Below, piece after piece: positions 20,214 to 30,302 of a stretch of 64,000 bases of DNA. This stretch comes from an uncultured bacterium. GTDB taxonomy: Bacteria > Fidelibacterota > Marinisomatia > Marinisomatales > UBA1611. Positions within the stretch are counted from its first letter, which is position 1. Each line of letters starts with the position of its first letter. The translations under genes were made by a program, and so were the position numbers. The stretch spans positions 4,098-68,097 of the forward strand of contig CAJVZI010000001.1 of the NCBI GenBank assembly GCA_913020665.1, read 5' to 3'. Below the pieces are notes generated by a model. That model ran no database searches and had not been told where the DNA came from. It saw only the letters and a list, made by a program, of their open reading frames with translations.

Positions 20214-21086
20214 TTATTCTTCTTCTAAAAGATCAACACCAAAAGACGGATGTACTATACCGTATCTGAAATAATTAACGGTACGTAAAACAAAAAATAA
20301 GACCGCAAGCGGTATAAGGAACCAAGGTGCTCTCACTGATATAAACATGGCAAAAATGAACAGGGGGTAAAATCTAGCTCTCTGAAGATGCCTAACATGG
20401 CTTGGCCAAATAAGAGCAATTGCAGCGAAGGGTGTTGCCACTGCACCAGCTGTGCTAATAACAGGGTCTTTATAGTATATTCCTGTACATACTGCTAAAA
20501 CCATCAGTATAACAGATACAGAAAGATATTCAAATTTATTTTCCCATTGAGAATCAACCCATATTCCTTTCGACTCATTGAGTTCTATTGTAAACTGAAA
20601 AACTAGTAAACACGATAGAAACACCAAGACATAAGGTAATAATGAAAATATATTTAATAAATAAAGCAAAAAGGCAAATGAAGCAGCCACATCTGACCAA
20701 TTCATACTAGATATTTTAGATTGTATAGAAGTATCAAGGTATCCTATGAGCAATAACAGAAAAGCTATTAAACCATGAATAAGAATTTGTTTAATATTTA
20801 ATCTGCTTACGCCTACTAACCATATCTGTTTTGGCCTCAGGAAATAAAAAAATATGATTGATACAAATATAAGTTTCAATAAACCAATCTGCCATCCATC
20901 CCACTCCCAATAAACATATCTATCAGTAAAATCCATTGACACAACAATGCCCGCAACTGTTAGGGTCCAGATCGTAAAAAGTTGTATCCATCCCTGAGCA
21001 TCAATTTTTTGACCAAGAAATGAAAAATATGCCTGCCGTTCCTTATAGTAACTGGAGGTAGTTGGGATGATGCGCTCTAAAAGCAT
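20214..21086 (-). CDS. Polytopic membrane protein, possibly a divergent UbiA-like fold
   Basis: About 8-9 hydrophobic segments; 1 nt upstream of the GGR gene; no Asp-rich prenyltransferase motifs. Confidence 0.5.
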   Translation of the reverse strand: MLLERIIPTTSSYYKERQAYFSFLGQKIDAQGWIQLFTIWTLTVAGIVVSMDFTDRYVYWEWDGWQIGLLKLIFVSIIFFYFLRPKQIWLVGVSRLNIKQILIHGLIAFLLLLIGYLDTSIQSKISSMNWSDVAASFAFLLYLLNIFSLLPYVLVFLSCLLVFQFTIELNESKGIWVDSQWENKFEYLSVSVILMVLAVCTGIYYKDPVISTAGAVATPFAAIALIWPSHVRHLQRARFYPLFIFAMFISVRAPWFLIPLAVLFFVLRTVNYFRYGIVHPSFGVDLLEEE

Positions 21087-21089
21087 AAC

Positions 21090-22487
21090 CTAACCTATGA
21101 TCGCATTCCCTGTTATCTTAGCAATGATCTCATTGATAATTATAAAACCCACAATGATCGCTGCTATTCCACATAAAATAGATACCAATGTTTTATCCTC
21201 ATCTTTGCCAATGATAGTTTGTCCGATCTCATTAATAAATGATGGGACTGTCCATTTCATAAGAATAAAAATGGCAGTAAACATTCCTCCGATCGGCAAC
21301 ATATATTTTGATGATAAGTTATCCATAACATCAAAAAATGTTTCGCCAAAAAAATGATGAAATGTTTCACCAAAGTGCCCAGTGATATTGACTCCTCCTC
21401 CCAAGGAAAGTGAGCAAAAAACACCTACAATAGTAATGACAATTCCAAATTGAATAGTTGCTTTCTTTCTCGACCAACCTTTTTGATCGATAAAATATGC
21501 TGTAACAACTTCAAGAATAGAGATCGCAGATGTTAATGCTGCCATGAACAGTAGCGAAAAGAAAAGCGTGCTCCATATAGCTCCATATGCCAATTGAGGA
21601 AAAACTGATGGCAAAATAAAGAATATCAATCCAGCACCACCTGCTGGATCTGCACCCAAAGCAAAAACAGTTGTGAAGATAGCTACACCAGCTAGCATTG
21701 CTATTGCAGTATCTAGTGCTAATACCCATAGCGCAGAATTTAAAAGGTTCTGCTTACGATCTAAGTAGCTACCATAGGTGATCATCGTACCCATACCTAG
21801 GCTAAGGGTAAAGAATGAATGCCCTAAAGCAAGTACTATGGCAGAAGCATTAAGGTCTTCAAATCTAGGTAAAAAGAGAAATTTTAATCCTTCAAAACCA
21901 CCGTCAAGGGTTAGTCCACGTACAGCAAGAACTGCCAATAATATGATAATGATGGGCATCATGATCTTCGACCAGTTCTCAATACCATCTTTAACTCCAT
22001 TTATAATCACATAAACACAAAGTGCCATAAATATTATTTGAAAAAATATTGGCGACCATGTAGAGCCTGTAAATGTCACAAATAAACTTTTTGCGGCTTC
22101 AGGGTCATTATTAAGCGTATCAAATCCCCCAGAGATAGAAACAAATATATATTTTAAGATCCAGCCCCCTACAACTCCATAAAATGATAAAATAACAAAT
22201 GCAGATGCAACTCCTAAGAATCCCACCCACTTCCAGTTTGAATTAGGTGCCAATTTTTCAAAAGCACCTACTGGACTGAGTTGTGTACTTCTACCTATAG
22301 CAAATTCAGCAATAACGATCGTTAGACCAACAACTAGGATACATAATAAATAGACCATTGTGAATGCCGCTCCACCATTCTGGCCTGCCATATGAGGAAA
22401 TTTCCATATGTTTCCTATCCCAACCGCTGAACCGGATGCGGCTAATATAAATCCTAGTTTTGATCCCCATTGCTCTCTATTCTGCAT
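21090..22487 (-). CDS. Sodium-dependent transporter (NSS/SNF family)
   Basis: REQWGSKLGFILAASGSAVGIGNIWKFP and FFTLSLGMG.MITYGSY. Confidence 0.95.
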   Translation of the reverse strand: MQNREQWGSKLGFILAASGSAVGIGNIWKFPHMAGQNGGAAFTMVYLLCILVVGLTIVIAEFAIGRSTQLSPVGAFEKLAPNSNWKWVGFLGVASAFVILSFYGVVGGWILKYIFVSISGGFDTLNNDPEAAKSLFVTFTGSTWSPIFFQIIFMALCVYVIINGVKDGIENWSKIMMPIIIILLAVLAVRGLTLDGGFEGLKFLFLPRFEDLNASAIVLALGHSFFTLSLGMGTMITYGSYLDRKQNLLNSALWVLALDTAIAMLAGVAIFTTVFALGADPAGGAGLIFFILPSVFPQLAYGAIWSTLFFSLLFMAALTSAISILEVVTAYFIDQKGWSRKKATIQFGIVITIVGVFCSLSLGGGVNITGHFGETFHHFFGETFFDVMDNLSSKYMLPIGGMFTAIFILMKWTVPSFINEIGQTIIGKDEDKTLVSILCGIAAIIVGFIIINEIIAKITGNAIIG

Positions 22488-22929
22488 GTTTTATCTCTTT
22501 GTTATCTTGTTGTCTGATGGAACTCTCCATAAGATCATTAAATGAATGCAAATGTGCGTCTACAACTGCATCTATCATAGCGTAGACATAAATGATTCCT
22601 ATCCACCATGCGTATTTATTTCTTTTTTCTAAATACCTATGCCTACTAAGTGGATAATTATTCTGTTCATAATCGTTGTATTTTGAAATATTATCCTGCC
22701 AATATATAAATGAAGATACCTCTAGTCCAATTACCATTGCAGATTTGATCCATTTCCCATTATAGGCCTGACCCATGCCAGGTACCAAAGAGAAAAGAAA
22801 GGCTGTTTTTGGATCTTTCTTCTTTAATTCACTTGTTTCATTTGCAACGATGACCCCTAAGAATAGCATGCAAACTAAATATCTATAAAACATATATGAA
22901 TTATCTGGATGCGATACAATCGATCTCAA
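22477..22929 (-). CDS. DUF5683-like membrane protein
   Basis: P..A...S.VPG.GQ.YN and IDA.VDAHL motifs. Real start probably ATG at 22893. Confidence 0.75.
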   Translation of the reverse strand: MRSIVSHPDNSYMFYRYLVCMLFLGVIVANETSELKKKDPKTAFLFSLVPGMGQAYNGKWIKSAMVIGLEVSSFIYWQDNISKYNDYEQNNYPLSRHRYLEKRNKYAWWIGIIYVYAMIDAVVDAHLHSFNDLMESSIRQQDNKEIKHAE

Positions 22930-23281
22930 TTAATGCTCCTAGGGGTAATTCTGAAACCTCAACAGTTGTTCTCGCAGGAAATTCTTTTTCACCAAAAAAT
23001 TCCTTAAAAACATCATTGACAGTGGAAAAATCATTGAAATCTTTTAAAAAGACAGTCAATTTAATAATAGCTTCCTTATTTAAGCCGGTTTCTGATAGGA
23101 TTGCATTAATATTCTCTAGAACACGGTTTACTTGTGATTTAATACCACCTTCAACCATTTTCCCAGTTTCAGGATCAATGCCAATTTGACCACTTGTAAA
23201 TAAGAGGCCATTGGTCTCTATTGCTTGGTTATAGGTACCTATCGCAGCGGGTGCTTTATCGGTCTTGATAATATTTCTCAT
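22901..23281 (-). CDS. ridA: RidA/YjgF enamine deaminase
   Basis: APAAIG.Y.QA, SGQI, PARTTV and LP.GALIEI motifs. Confidence 0.92.
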   Translation of the reverse strand: MRNIIKTDKAPAAIGTYNQAIETNGLLFTSGQIGIDPETGKMVEGGIKSQVNRVLENINAILSETGLNKEAIIKLTVFLKDFNDFSTVNDVFKEFFGEKEFPARTTVEVSELPLGALIEIDCIASR

Positions 23282-23286
23282 GCGAT

Positions 23287-23718
23287 CTAAAATCTATTTT
23301 CAAGGCAGATACAAGGCAACCCAACATCTTCATTGAGTTCACGATATGCATCATTATCAAATTCCATTAAAAAAAATTCACCAACAGCAGCAACCGTCGT
23401 CTCAAAGAGATGTCCTCCAGCTGTACTCATATTATGATCTGATAGCACAACATGCGCATGTGGAAAAGGACTGCCATCTTTTAAGGTTATATTTCCCTCA
23501 AAACTGACCAACTCTAATATGTCTGAGTATTCCTTTCTGATATATTCTTTTTTAATAGTATCATAGGCACCAATCTCTGTTTCCTTTACAGCACCAATAC
23601 CTGATAGCTTTGCATTACTGATGCCTTTATCAATACAGAATCTGGTCAAGGTATCCATTACCTTTTCGTTTTTTTCAATATAAATGAAATGATCTTTGCC
23701 TACTTGTTTGTATTGCAT
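23287..23718 (-). CDS. PPC/DUF296 domain protein
   Basis: GIGA, E..S..GNI, H.H and GGHL motifs. Confidence 0.88.
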   Translation of the reverse strand: MQYKQVGKDHFIYIEKNEKVMDTLTRFCIDKGISNAKLSGIGAVKETEIGAYDTIKKEYIRKEYSDILELVSFEGNITLKDGSPFPHAHVVLSDHNMSTAGGHLFETTVAAVGEFFLMEFDNDAYRELNEDVGLPCICLENRF

Positions 23719-23723
23719 TCTAT

Positions 23724-26297
23724 TTATCCATTTAGTAATTCATTTATTAAGCTTTGTGTAGAATCAATTGCAGGCTTAATAGAAGCGTTATTCTTACCGC
23801 CTGCAGTTGCAAGATGAGGTTTACCACCACCTCCGCCTTCCATATACCCTCCGATTTCTTTTGCTAGTTTACCTGCGAGTATTCCATCTTCATTTAAATT
23901 TTTTGAGACCACAATAACTGCCATTGGTTTCTCCTGTCCTTTTGAGAACAAAACAGCAATACCACTGGAGAGCTTATTAAAAACATCATCACCTAATATC
24001 TTGAGATCATCCATACTGGAGACTTGGACCTCTTTCACAAGACCATAATGGTCACCAATTTTCTTAGCTTCATTTATCAGGTTACCATGCGATGGTTGAG
24101 ACGTACGATTCTTTAATTTTTTCTCCAGATCTTTTTTTTCTTTAAAAAGGCCTTCTATTCTTTCAACCATTCCCATAGGTGGTGTATTTAACAATGATTG
24201 AAGATCATGAAGGACCGACGCATTACTCTGCATTTCAGAAACTGCTTTTTTACCTGTAACAGCTACGATCCGTCGAACTCCTGAGGATAGAGATGACTCT
24301 TCTGTTATCTTGAATGAACCAATATCACCTGTTCTTTCAACATGCGTCCCTCCACAAAGCTCCATTGAAAAATCACCAACCTGTACCACCCTTACCTCAT
24401 CACCATATTTTTCACCAAAAAGTGCTTCGGCTCCTGCTTTCTTTGCATCATCAAATTTTTGAATACTTACGTCTAGTGCTTTATTTAATAAGATCTGTTC
24501 ATTTACCATTTCTTCTATATCCTTGATCTCTTGTAATGAGATCTTCTCAAAATGGGTAAGATCAAATCTTAAATAATCAGGATGCACTAATGAACCCGCT
24601 TGATTTACATGATCTCCCAGAACTGACTTGAGCGCTTTATGCATTAGATGGGTTGCAGTATGGTTCTTTTTTACAGAATTTCGATGATCATCATTGACAC
24701 TACATTCAACTAGAGAATCTGTATTATTTAATGTGCCTTCACAAATATGCACAAAACTATCATTATCTTTTTTTACATCAAGTACTGATAGGTCTATGTC
24801 ATTGCCTTGAATACTACCAATATCGCCGATCTGACCCCCTGACTCAGCATAGAAAGGCGTCTTATCCAAGATAATTAATAACCTATCTTTGTCTTTAGCA
24901 TAACGTCGAATATTAGCACTACAATCCATCACCTCATAACCAACGAATTTAGAATCATCACCATCAGAAACAGTGATCCACTCAAACTGGTCTGTTCCTT
25001 GATTGAATCTTCCGGCTTCCTTTGCCTTGAGTTTTTGTTTTTCCATAGATTCATTGAATCCTTTTTCATCTACGGTCATCTTACGTTCTCTAGCCATAAG
25101 TTGTGTTAGGTCGAGTGGAAAACCATAGGTATCATATAGTTTAAAAGAATCCTCTCCACTGATCTCAGAGCCTTCTATACCAGACACGATCTTTTCAAAA
25201 TGACTTAGGCCGCGATCTAGTGTTTTATTGAAAGATTCTTCTTCAGAGCGAATGACCTTTTCTATATGAGCGCGTTTGTCAATGACCTCTGGAAATAGCT
25301 CACCCATAATATCTGCAACTTTCTCAACCAATTTGTATAGAAATGGGTCTTCTAATCCAAGCTTTCTACCAAATCGTGCTGCTCGTCTTAGAATACGCCT
25401 TAATACATAGCCACGACCATCATTTGAAGGCAAAGCACCATCAGCTATTGAGAAACAGAGCATTCTTATATGATCCGCTATGACCCTGTGAGGTATAGGG
25501 TCATCTTTGTAGGATGAGTTTGCAAGGATTTGAAGTGAGTCTATAATGGGAAGGAAAAGATCAGTGTCGTAATTACTGTTCTTTCCTTGAAGAACCGTCG
25601 CTATCCTTTCAAGACCAGCTCCTGTATCAACATGTTTTGCAGGTAGCTCCTCTAGAGACCCATCTTGCAAACGATTGCTTTGAATAAATACTAAATTCCA
25701 TAGTTCCCAGTATTGATCAGAACTATTAACACCACTAGGGTCTTGGTTGCTTATATCTTCACCAACATAATAATGTATTTCAGAACAAGGGCCACAAGGT
25801 CCTGTCTCACCCATTTCCCAAAAATTATCTTTTTTTCCACACCTGACAACCCTTTCTGGAGCTATATCAGTAACCTTTGTCCAAAGATCAAATGCTTCGT
25901 CATCATCTTCATATACTGTTGCCCATAATCGATCTTTATCTAGCTTCCATTCATTAGTAAAAAGGTCCCATGCCCATTCTATTGCTTCTTTTTTGTAATA
26001 GTCTCCAAACGACCAATTACCCAACATTTCAAAGAAAGTATGATGGAATGTATCTACACCCACTTCTTCAAGGTCATTATGCTTCCCTGAGACCCTAATA
26101 CATTTTTGACTATTAACAGCTCTAGGATGTTTTGGATCGGTCTGCCCTAAGAAGATAGGTTTGAATTGGTTCATTCCTGCATTTGTGAATAATAGCGTTG
26201 GATCATCAATAGGTACAACAGGTGAACTACGAAAGAACTTATGATCTTTTCTTTCAAAGTATTTGATAAAAGAATTGCGTATGTCTTTTGAATTCAT
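23724..26297 (-). CDS. alaS: Alanine--tRNA ligase
   Basis: DPTLLFTNAGMNQFK, FEMLGNWSFGDY, editing motifs HTATH and CGGTH, and GGGGG in the C-Ala domain. Confidence 0.98.
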   Translation of the reverse strand: MNSKDIRNSFIKYFERKDHKFFRSSPVVPIDDPTLLFTNAGMNQFKPIFLGQTDPKHPRAVNSQKCIRVSGKHNDLEEVGVDTFHHTFFEMLGNWSFGDYYKKEAIEWAWDLFTNEWKLDKDRLWATVYEDDDEAFDLWTKVTDIAPERVVRCGKKDNFWEMGETGPCGPCSEIHYYVGEDISNQDPSGVNSSDQYWELWNLVFIQSNRLQDGSLEELPAKHVDTGAGLERIATVLQGKNSNYDTDLFLPIIDSLQILANSSYKDDPIPHRVIADHIRMLCFSIADGALPSNDGRGYVLRRILRRAARFGRKLGLEDPFLYKLVEKVADIMGELFPEVIDKRAHIEKVIRSEEESFNKTLDRGLSHFEKIVSGIEGSEISGEDSFKLYDTYGFPLDLTQLMARERKMTVDEKGFNESMEKQKLKAKEAGRFNQGTDQFEWITVSDGDDSKFVGYEVMDCSANIRRYAKDKDRLLIILDKTPFYAESGGQIGDIGSIQGNDIDLSVLDVKKDNDSFVHICEGTLNNTDSLVECSVNDDHRNSVKKNHTATHLMHKALKSVLGDHVNQAGSLVHPDYLRFDLTHFEKISLQEIKDIEEMVNEQILLNKALDVSIQKFDDAKKAGAEALFGEKYGDEVRVVQVGDFSMELCGGTHVERTGDIGSFKITEESSLSSGVRRIVAVTGKKAVSEMQSNASVLHDLQSLLNTPPMGMVERIEGLFKEKKDLEKKLKNRTSQPSHGNLINEAKKIGDHYGLVKEVQVSSMDDLKILGDDVFNKLSSGIAVLFSKGQEKPMAVIVVSKNLNEDGILAGKLAKEIGGYMEGGGGGKPHLATAGGKNNASIKPAIDSTQSLINELLNG

Positions 26298-26298
26298 A

Positions 26299-27876
26299 TC
26301 AGAATGAAAAACTAGTTTCTACACTTGTCATATTGATCATTTCATTGGCATCTAACACATCCCCGTCCCCATTCATATCTTGGAAGGTGCGACGAAAAAC
26401 ATAAGTGAGGACCATACCATTACCTAGTTTAAGCCCGAGGTTATAGCCCATAATGGTTGATTCAGAATATTCAAAATCAAATGGATTAGGTACATTTCTC
26501 TGCTGATAAAACCATGATGCCTTCTCTATCTTACTGATGGGTTTTTTTAATCGCAATATTGCAGTAAAACTCTGGTTGGAGGCCTCTTCAAAACTATTAC
26601 TTTCTAAATTGTACTGCTCTCCATTCAAGTTTTGAAAAGCCATAACAGCATCAAATAGACTACCTAGGTCTATACCTAATGATGAATAATAGCCATTCTG
26701 TTTACCATAGGTCCCAAGTTTTTTTGATTTTGTGATTATTGTTCCTTGGTTGCCTGAAATACTCTGAAATGTAGCACGTTCTATCTCATATGATCGATTG
26801 AAATAACCAAACTCAAAATTTCCACTAGGTACCATTCGAAATTCAAAGTTAAACTTAGCGCGACCAAATTTTGCAGCAAGCCCAAGAGGTATAATGCCAT
26901 GCCCAGCATTTATCTGAGTACTATCGATAGGGTTAGTTGTTTTCCCTAACAAATATGCGATTTGAGCATAGGCGTCAATTGAGATCGAACCTTCTCTTAA
27001 AATTGGAGTACCAACATCCAATGCAAATGAATTGAATGTTTCTGTTTCTTTTTTAATATTGATGGGCTCAGGTTTAGTTGAAACTCCATCAGGGTCTATC
27101 ACAATCCCCCAAAGTGGAAAAGTAAAGCTTGAATCCGTCCAGCCATCTCCATCGACGTCAAACTCATTTAAAGTATCATTATCTGCCCAACCATCTCCAT
27201 CTGTATCTAACCACCACTTACGATCATTGGGAAAATCATCGACAAGATCAGGACGCCCATCATCATCTCTATCTCTAAGACCTAGGTATTGATTTCGATC
27301 ACCTACCCAAGACACCCCTGCGGTAAAACCATATGGAACGGGTGCGGATAACCTCATTCCAGCCAATCCCATATTCTCTTTGAAGTCATTAGTAAAACCA
27401 TGGATATTCACATCAAAGGAACGAGTACGAAATTCCATACCAACTTTACGCACTTGTGGGTATAATAAAGTGTTACTGTAATTATTTAACAGGATACCAT
27501 AGCCAATGGTGACATTATCCAAAGCACCTATTTTAAAATAGTTTCTGTCCCAGCGATTACCGTATCGTACATAATAGATCTTGTCAATAATAGTATTCTT
27601 AACTTTTTCACTGGTCGAAAAATCCCATTCATCATCGTGTATATTGCCATCCTGGTCAATATATATAACCATGTCAAAGGCGACAGATAGCTTTCCAAAA
27701 GGTAGAATAGGTCTAAGAGCGATCTGATTCCATATTTTTCCATCGATCGTTACTGCACCAAATGCTCCTTGTACTGACCCATTTGAGGTGGTATTGTCTA
27801 GATCAAGTTCTTCAGGCTGAGCAATAATGAACTTTAATGCGATCAAGGCAATGATTGGTATGGATTTAAATTTCAT
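26299..27876 (-). CDS. Putative outer-membrane beta-barrel protein with Ca-binding DxDxDG (TSP3-like) loops
   Basis: Signal peptide, amphipathic strands, DDDGRPD..DDFPND / DTDGDGWAD / DVDGDG repeats and C-terminal ...TSFSF. Confidence 0.55.
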   Translation of the reverse strand: MKFKSIPIIALIALKFIIAQPEELDLDNTTSNGSVQGAFGAVTIDGKIWNQIALRPILPFGKLSVAFDMVIYIDQDGNIHDDEWDFSTSEKVKNTIIDKIYYVRYGNRWDRNYFKIGALDNVTIGYGILLNNYSNTLLYPQVRKVGMEFRTRSFDVNIHGFTNDFKENMGLAGMRLSAPVPYGFTAGVSWVGDRNQYLGLRDRDDDGRPDLVDDFPNDRKWWLDTDGDGWADNDTLNEFDVDGDGWTDSSFTFPLWGIVIDPDGVSTKPEPINIKKETETFNSFALDVGTPILREGSISIDAYAQIAYLLGKTTNPIDSTQINAGHGIIPLGLAAKFGRAKFNFEFRMVPSGNFEFGYFNRSYEIERATFQSISGNQGTIITKSKKLGTYGKQNGYYSSLGIDLGSLFDAVMAFQNLNGEQYNLESNSFEEASNQSFTAILRLKKPISKIEKASWFYQQRNVPNPFDFEYSESTIMGYNLGLKLGNGMVLTYVFRRTFQDMNGDGDVLDANEMINMTSVETSFSF

Positions 27877-27879
27877 TTA

Positions 27880-27909
27880 TTGACAGATTTGTATCAAGAA
27901 AATTACCTT
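27880..27909 (+). promoter_or_regulatory. Possible sigma70 promoter in the divergent intergenic region
   Basis: TTGACA at 27880-27885, 18-nt spacer, TACCTT. The -10 match is weak. Confidence 0.3.
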
Positions 27910-27964
27910 TCACCTTTAAACTGAACAAAGGCTAATTCAGAAATAGACAAAATCAGTTATCAAT

Positions 27965-28567
27965 ATGAAGTTTTTAAGATATATATGTATAGTTCTATTT
28001 GGTGTTATCCTATCGATAGCATTTTCAAATAATATTTTTTTGGAATCATTGGAGATCGAATCAAAAACTAATGGCATATTATTAACATTAAAAATGGATT
28101 CTATTCCCGACCAGAAAGATATTTCGGCATGGCAGGCAAACTCTGGATGGTTCTATATTACTCTTTATAAGGTCAAAGGTGACACCAGCAGACTTATGCC
28201 TGATAACTTGCAAAAAGGAATATTAGATTTGCAATTCATTCAAGGGGATGAATCCTTCCAGATAGGTTTGAGGTTAAAACGTACCATAGAGAATTATGAA
28301 TTTTCAATGAATACTAAGCATAATAGAATTATTGGTTCACTACATTATTCTACGGAATATCTATCACAATTAGATTCAATGAAAAAAAAGGAAGAATCAC
28401 AAAAAATATCTGGCTTACCAGATGGTATAAGAAAGTGGCTATACTTAACTGGAACGGGTGTGACCCTAGCTGGCACTTTACAAAACAATGGAGAGAAACA
28501 GGTCAAGACTGGTGTAATTATGTTATTATCTACATTTCTTTTTGATCAAATATTTAAAATAGCATGA
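27965..28567 (+). CDS. Hypothetical exported/membrane protein, possibly AMIN-like N-terminal domain
   Basis: Signal/anchor segment, small beta domain (GWFYITLY) and C-terminal hydrophobic hairpin. Confidence 0.5.
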   Translation: MKFLRYICIVLFGVILSIAFSNNIFLESLEIESKTNGILLTLKMDSIPDQKDISAWQANSGWFYITLYKVKGDTSRLMPDNLQKGILDLQFIQGDESFQIGLRLKRTIENYEFSMNTKHNRIIGSLHYSTEYLSQLDSMKKKEESQKISGLPDGIRKWLYLTGTGVTLAGTLQNNGEKQVKTGVIMLLSTFLFDQIFKIA

Positions 28568-28674
28568 AAGATGCTCTGATATATTTTTCCATTTTCTGGG
28601 CCGTAGCATTCATCTGCATGGGAATCTATCTAAGATATAAATATAAAGACCGGTTAGATGAACTTGACCAATAG
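28564..28674 (+). CDS. Small 36-aa single-pass membrane protein (not in the ORF track)
   Basis: MKDALIYFSIFWAVAFICMGIYLRYKYKDRLDELDQ*. Its ATG overlaps the upstream TGA (ATGA) and its end overlaps the next start. Confidence 0.6.
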   Translation: MKDALIYFSIFWAVAFICMGIYLRYKYKDRLDELDQ

Positions 28675-30292
28675 ATCGATTCTAATCTCTTTTATTTCGT
28701 CATCGATCACGTTTGCATCCATTAATGTAAAAGAATCCTATGATATTCTAATGGATAGGGATATTACAATCCACGCTACACCCCATATAAATAATCTTGT
28801 AAGAAATGGCGCATATGGCCTGAATGAACTAGAAAGATCACGGTTGAATGAAATAGGGCTGGAATGTAAAGGTAATTCAATTTCCATACTAGATCCTATA
28901 CTTGATCGATCATATGATACTGATCATTTTAGATTCCAATATACACTTGATGGCAATAATGCTATTGAGAGTATCGATTATGTAATAGAGATGGGTAATA
29001 TTTTTGAACAGGTTTGGTCTTTTCATATTGACACCATGGGATTTGATCAGCCTCAGATGGGCCCTGATGGTCTATATGAAATAATGATAGAGAACCTGCC
29101 ATCTTTTTACTTTGGATACACTGTAGCACAGGGTTCTGGATCGTCTTGCAGTAGTTACATTAAAATGCGTAACTCATATTCCTCATCTCAATTTAATTCA
29201 CTGAGTGAATTCGAAAATATTAAGGTCACTGCAGTACATGAATTCTTTCATTCCATACAATTTGATTATAACTGCTATTCATTTGATCATGGTCTATGGT
29301 TCATGGAAGCAACAGCAGTGTGGAGTGAAGATGAACTATATAATGGGATCAATGATCTATACCGCTATATGCCGGCATGGTTCTCTAATCCTGATAGACC
29401 TATTAATGATCAGAGTAGTCATATGTATGGTACTTTTATTTTATTCCAATATATTGATGAGCACTTAGGCGGCCCTGAAACAATTAAAGCATGCTGGGAA
29501 AATTCAAGGATATTAGCTGCTTACAACCAAGATGTTACTTATACAGCTGTTGATAATGCTTTATCAATGCATAATTCTTCTTTTGAGGATGCATATTTAA
29601 AAATGCGTATATCAAATAGAATACTCAATTCAAATGCAGGTATATACTCTTATAATGAAGCAGATGAATACAGATTGATCGTTGATCCACCTCCAGAAGA
29701 ATTTCTTATTTTTAATACAGGTCAAATAGAAACGAAACAAGGTCAAGGACTAAGCCTATACGAAAGCCTCTACTACTCTGTCATTAGTGATGTACCTCTA
29801 AGAATACAATTAACAGAAATAAATGGTGAATTTAAACTGTCATCGATCATAAAGCATCGAGATGAAGAAAAATGGACGGTAAGGACAGGAAATGACATTA
29901 ACATTGATCCTGAGATGGGCATTGAATATATTTCATTCGTTTTATCAGCCACAGGAGAAGATCAAACGAATTGGAATTACAGAATACAATTATCAGATGG
30001 CTATTCTGAAGATTTTACTTTTTATCCTCCCTACCCAAACCCATCTTTTGGACAAACAGTTTCTATGAACATACAGGTCATTACTGAACAGACAATACAT
30101 GCTAATATATACGACCTGTTAGGTCAAAAAATATGGAGCAGTTCCAAGCACTTTAGTTCTCCTGAAACAGAAACGTTGATATGGAATGGAAAGAATAAAA
30201 AAGGAGACAGGGTCTCAAATGGAATATATTTCATACAAGTAGAGGGAGATAAATATCAAACCACACAAAAGGTCATTTATCTAAAAAAATAA
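28658..30292 (+). CDS. Secreted zinc metalloprotease (MXAN_6640-like) with C-terminal FlgD-Ig/T9SS-type sorting domain
   Basis: HEFFH zinc motif, W..EATA.W.ED, and C-terminal YPNP...IYDLLG...WNG...SNGIYF. Confidence 0.8.
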   Translation: MNLTNRSILISFISSSITFASINVKESYDILMDRDITIHATPHINNLVRNGAYGLNELERSRLNEIGLECKGNSISILDPILDRSYDTDHFRFQYTLDGNNAIESIDYVIEMGNIFEQVWSFHIDTMGFDQPQMGPDGLYEIMIENLPSFYFGYTVAQGSGSSCSSYIKMRNSYSSSQFNSLSEFENIKVTAVHEFFHSIQFDYNCYSFDHGLWFMEATAVWSEDELYNGINDLYRYMPAWFSNPDRPINDQSSHMYGTFILFQYIDEHLGGPETIKACWENSRILAAYNQDVTYTAVDNALSMHNSSFEDAYLKMRISNRILNSNAGIYSYNEADEYRLIVDPPPEEFLIFNTGQIETKQGQGLSLYESLYYSVISDVPLRIQLTEINGEFKLSSIIKHRDEEKWTVRTGNDINIDPEMGIEYISFVLSATGEDQTNWNYRIQLSDGYSEDFTFYPPYPNPSFGQTVSMNIQVITEQTIHANIYDLLGQKIWSSSKHFSSPETETLIWNGKNKKGDRVSNGIYFIQVEGDKYQTTQKVIYLKK

Positions 30293-30302
30293 TCAAAAAA
30301 TA

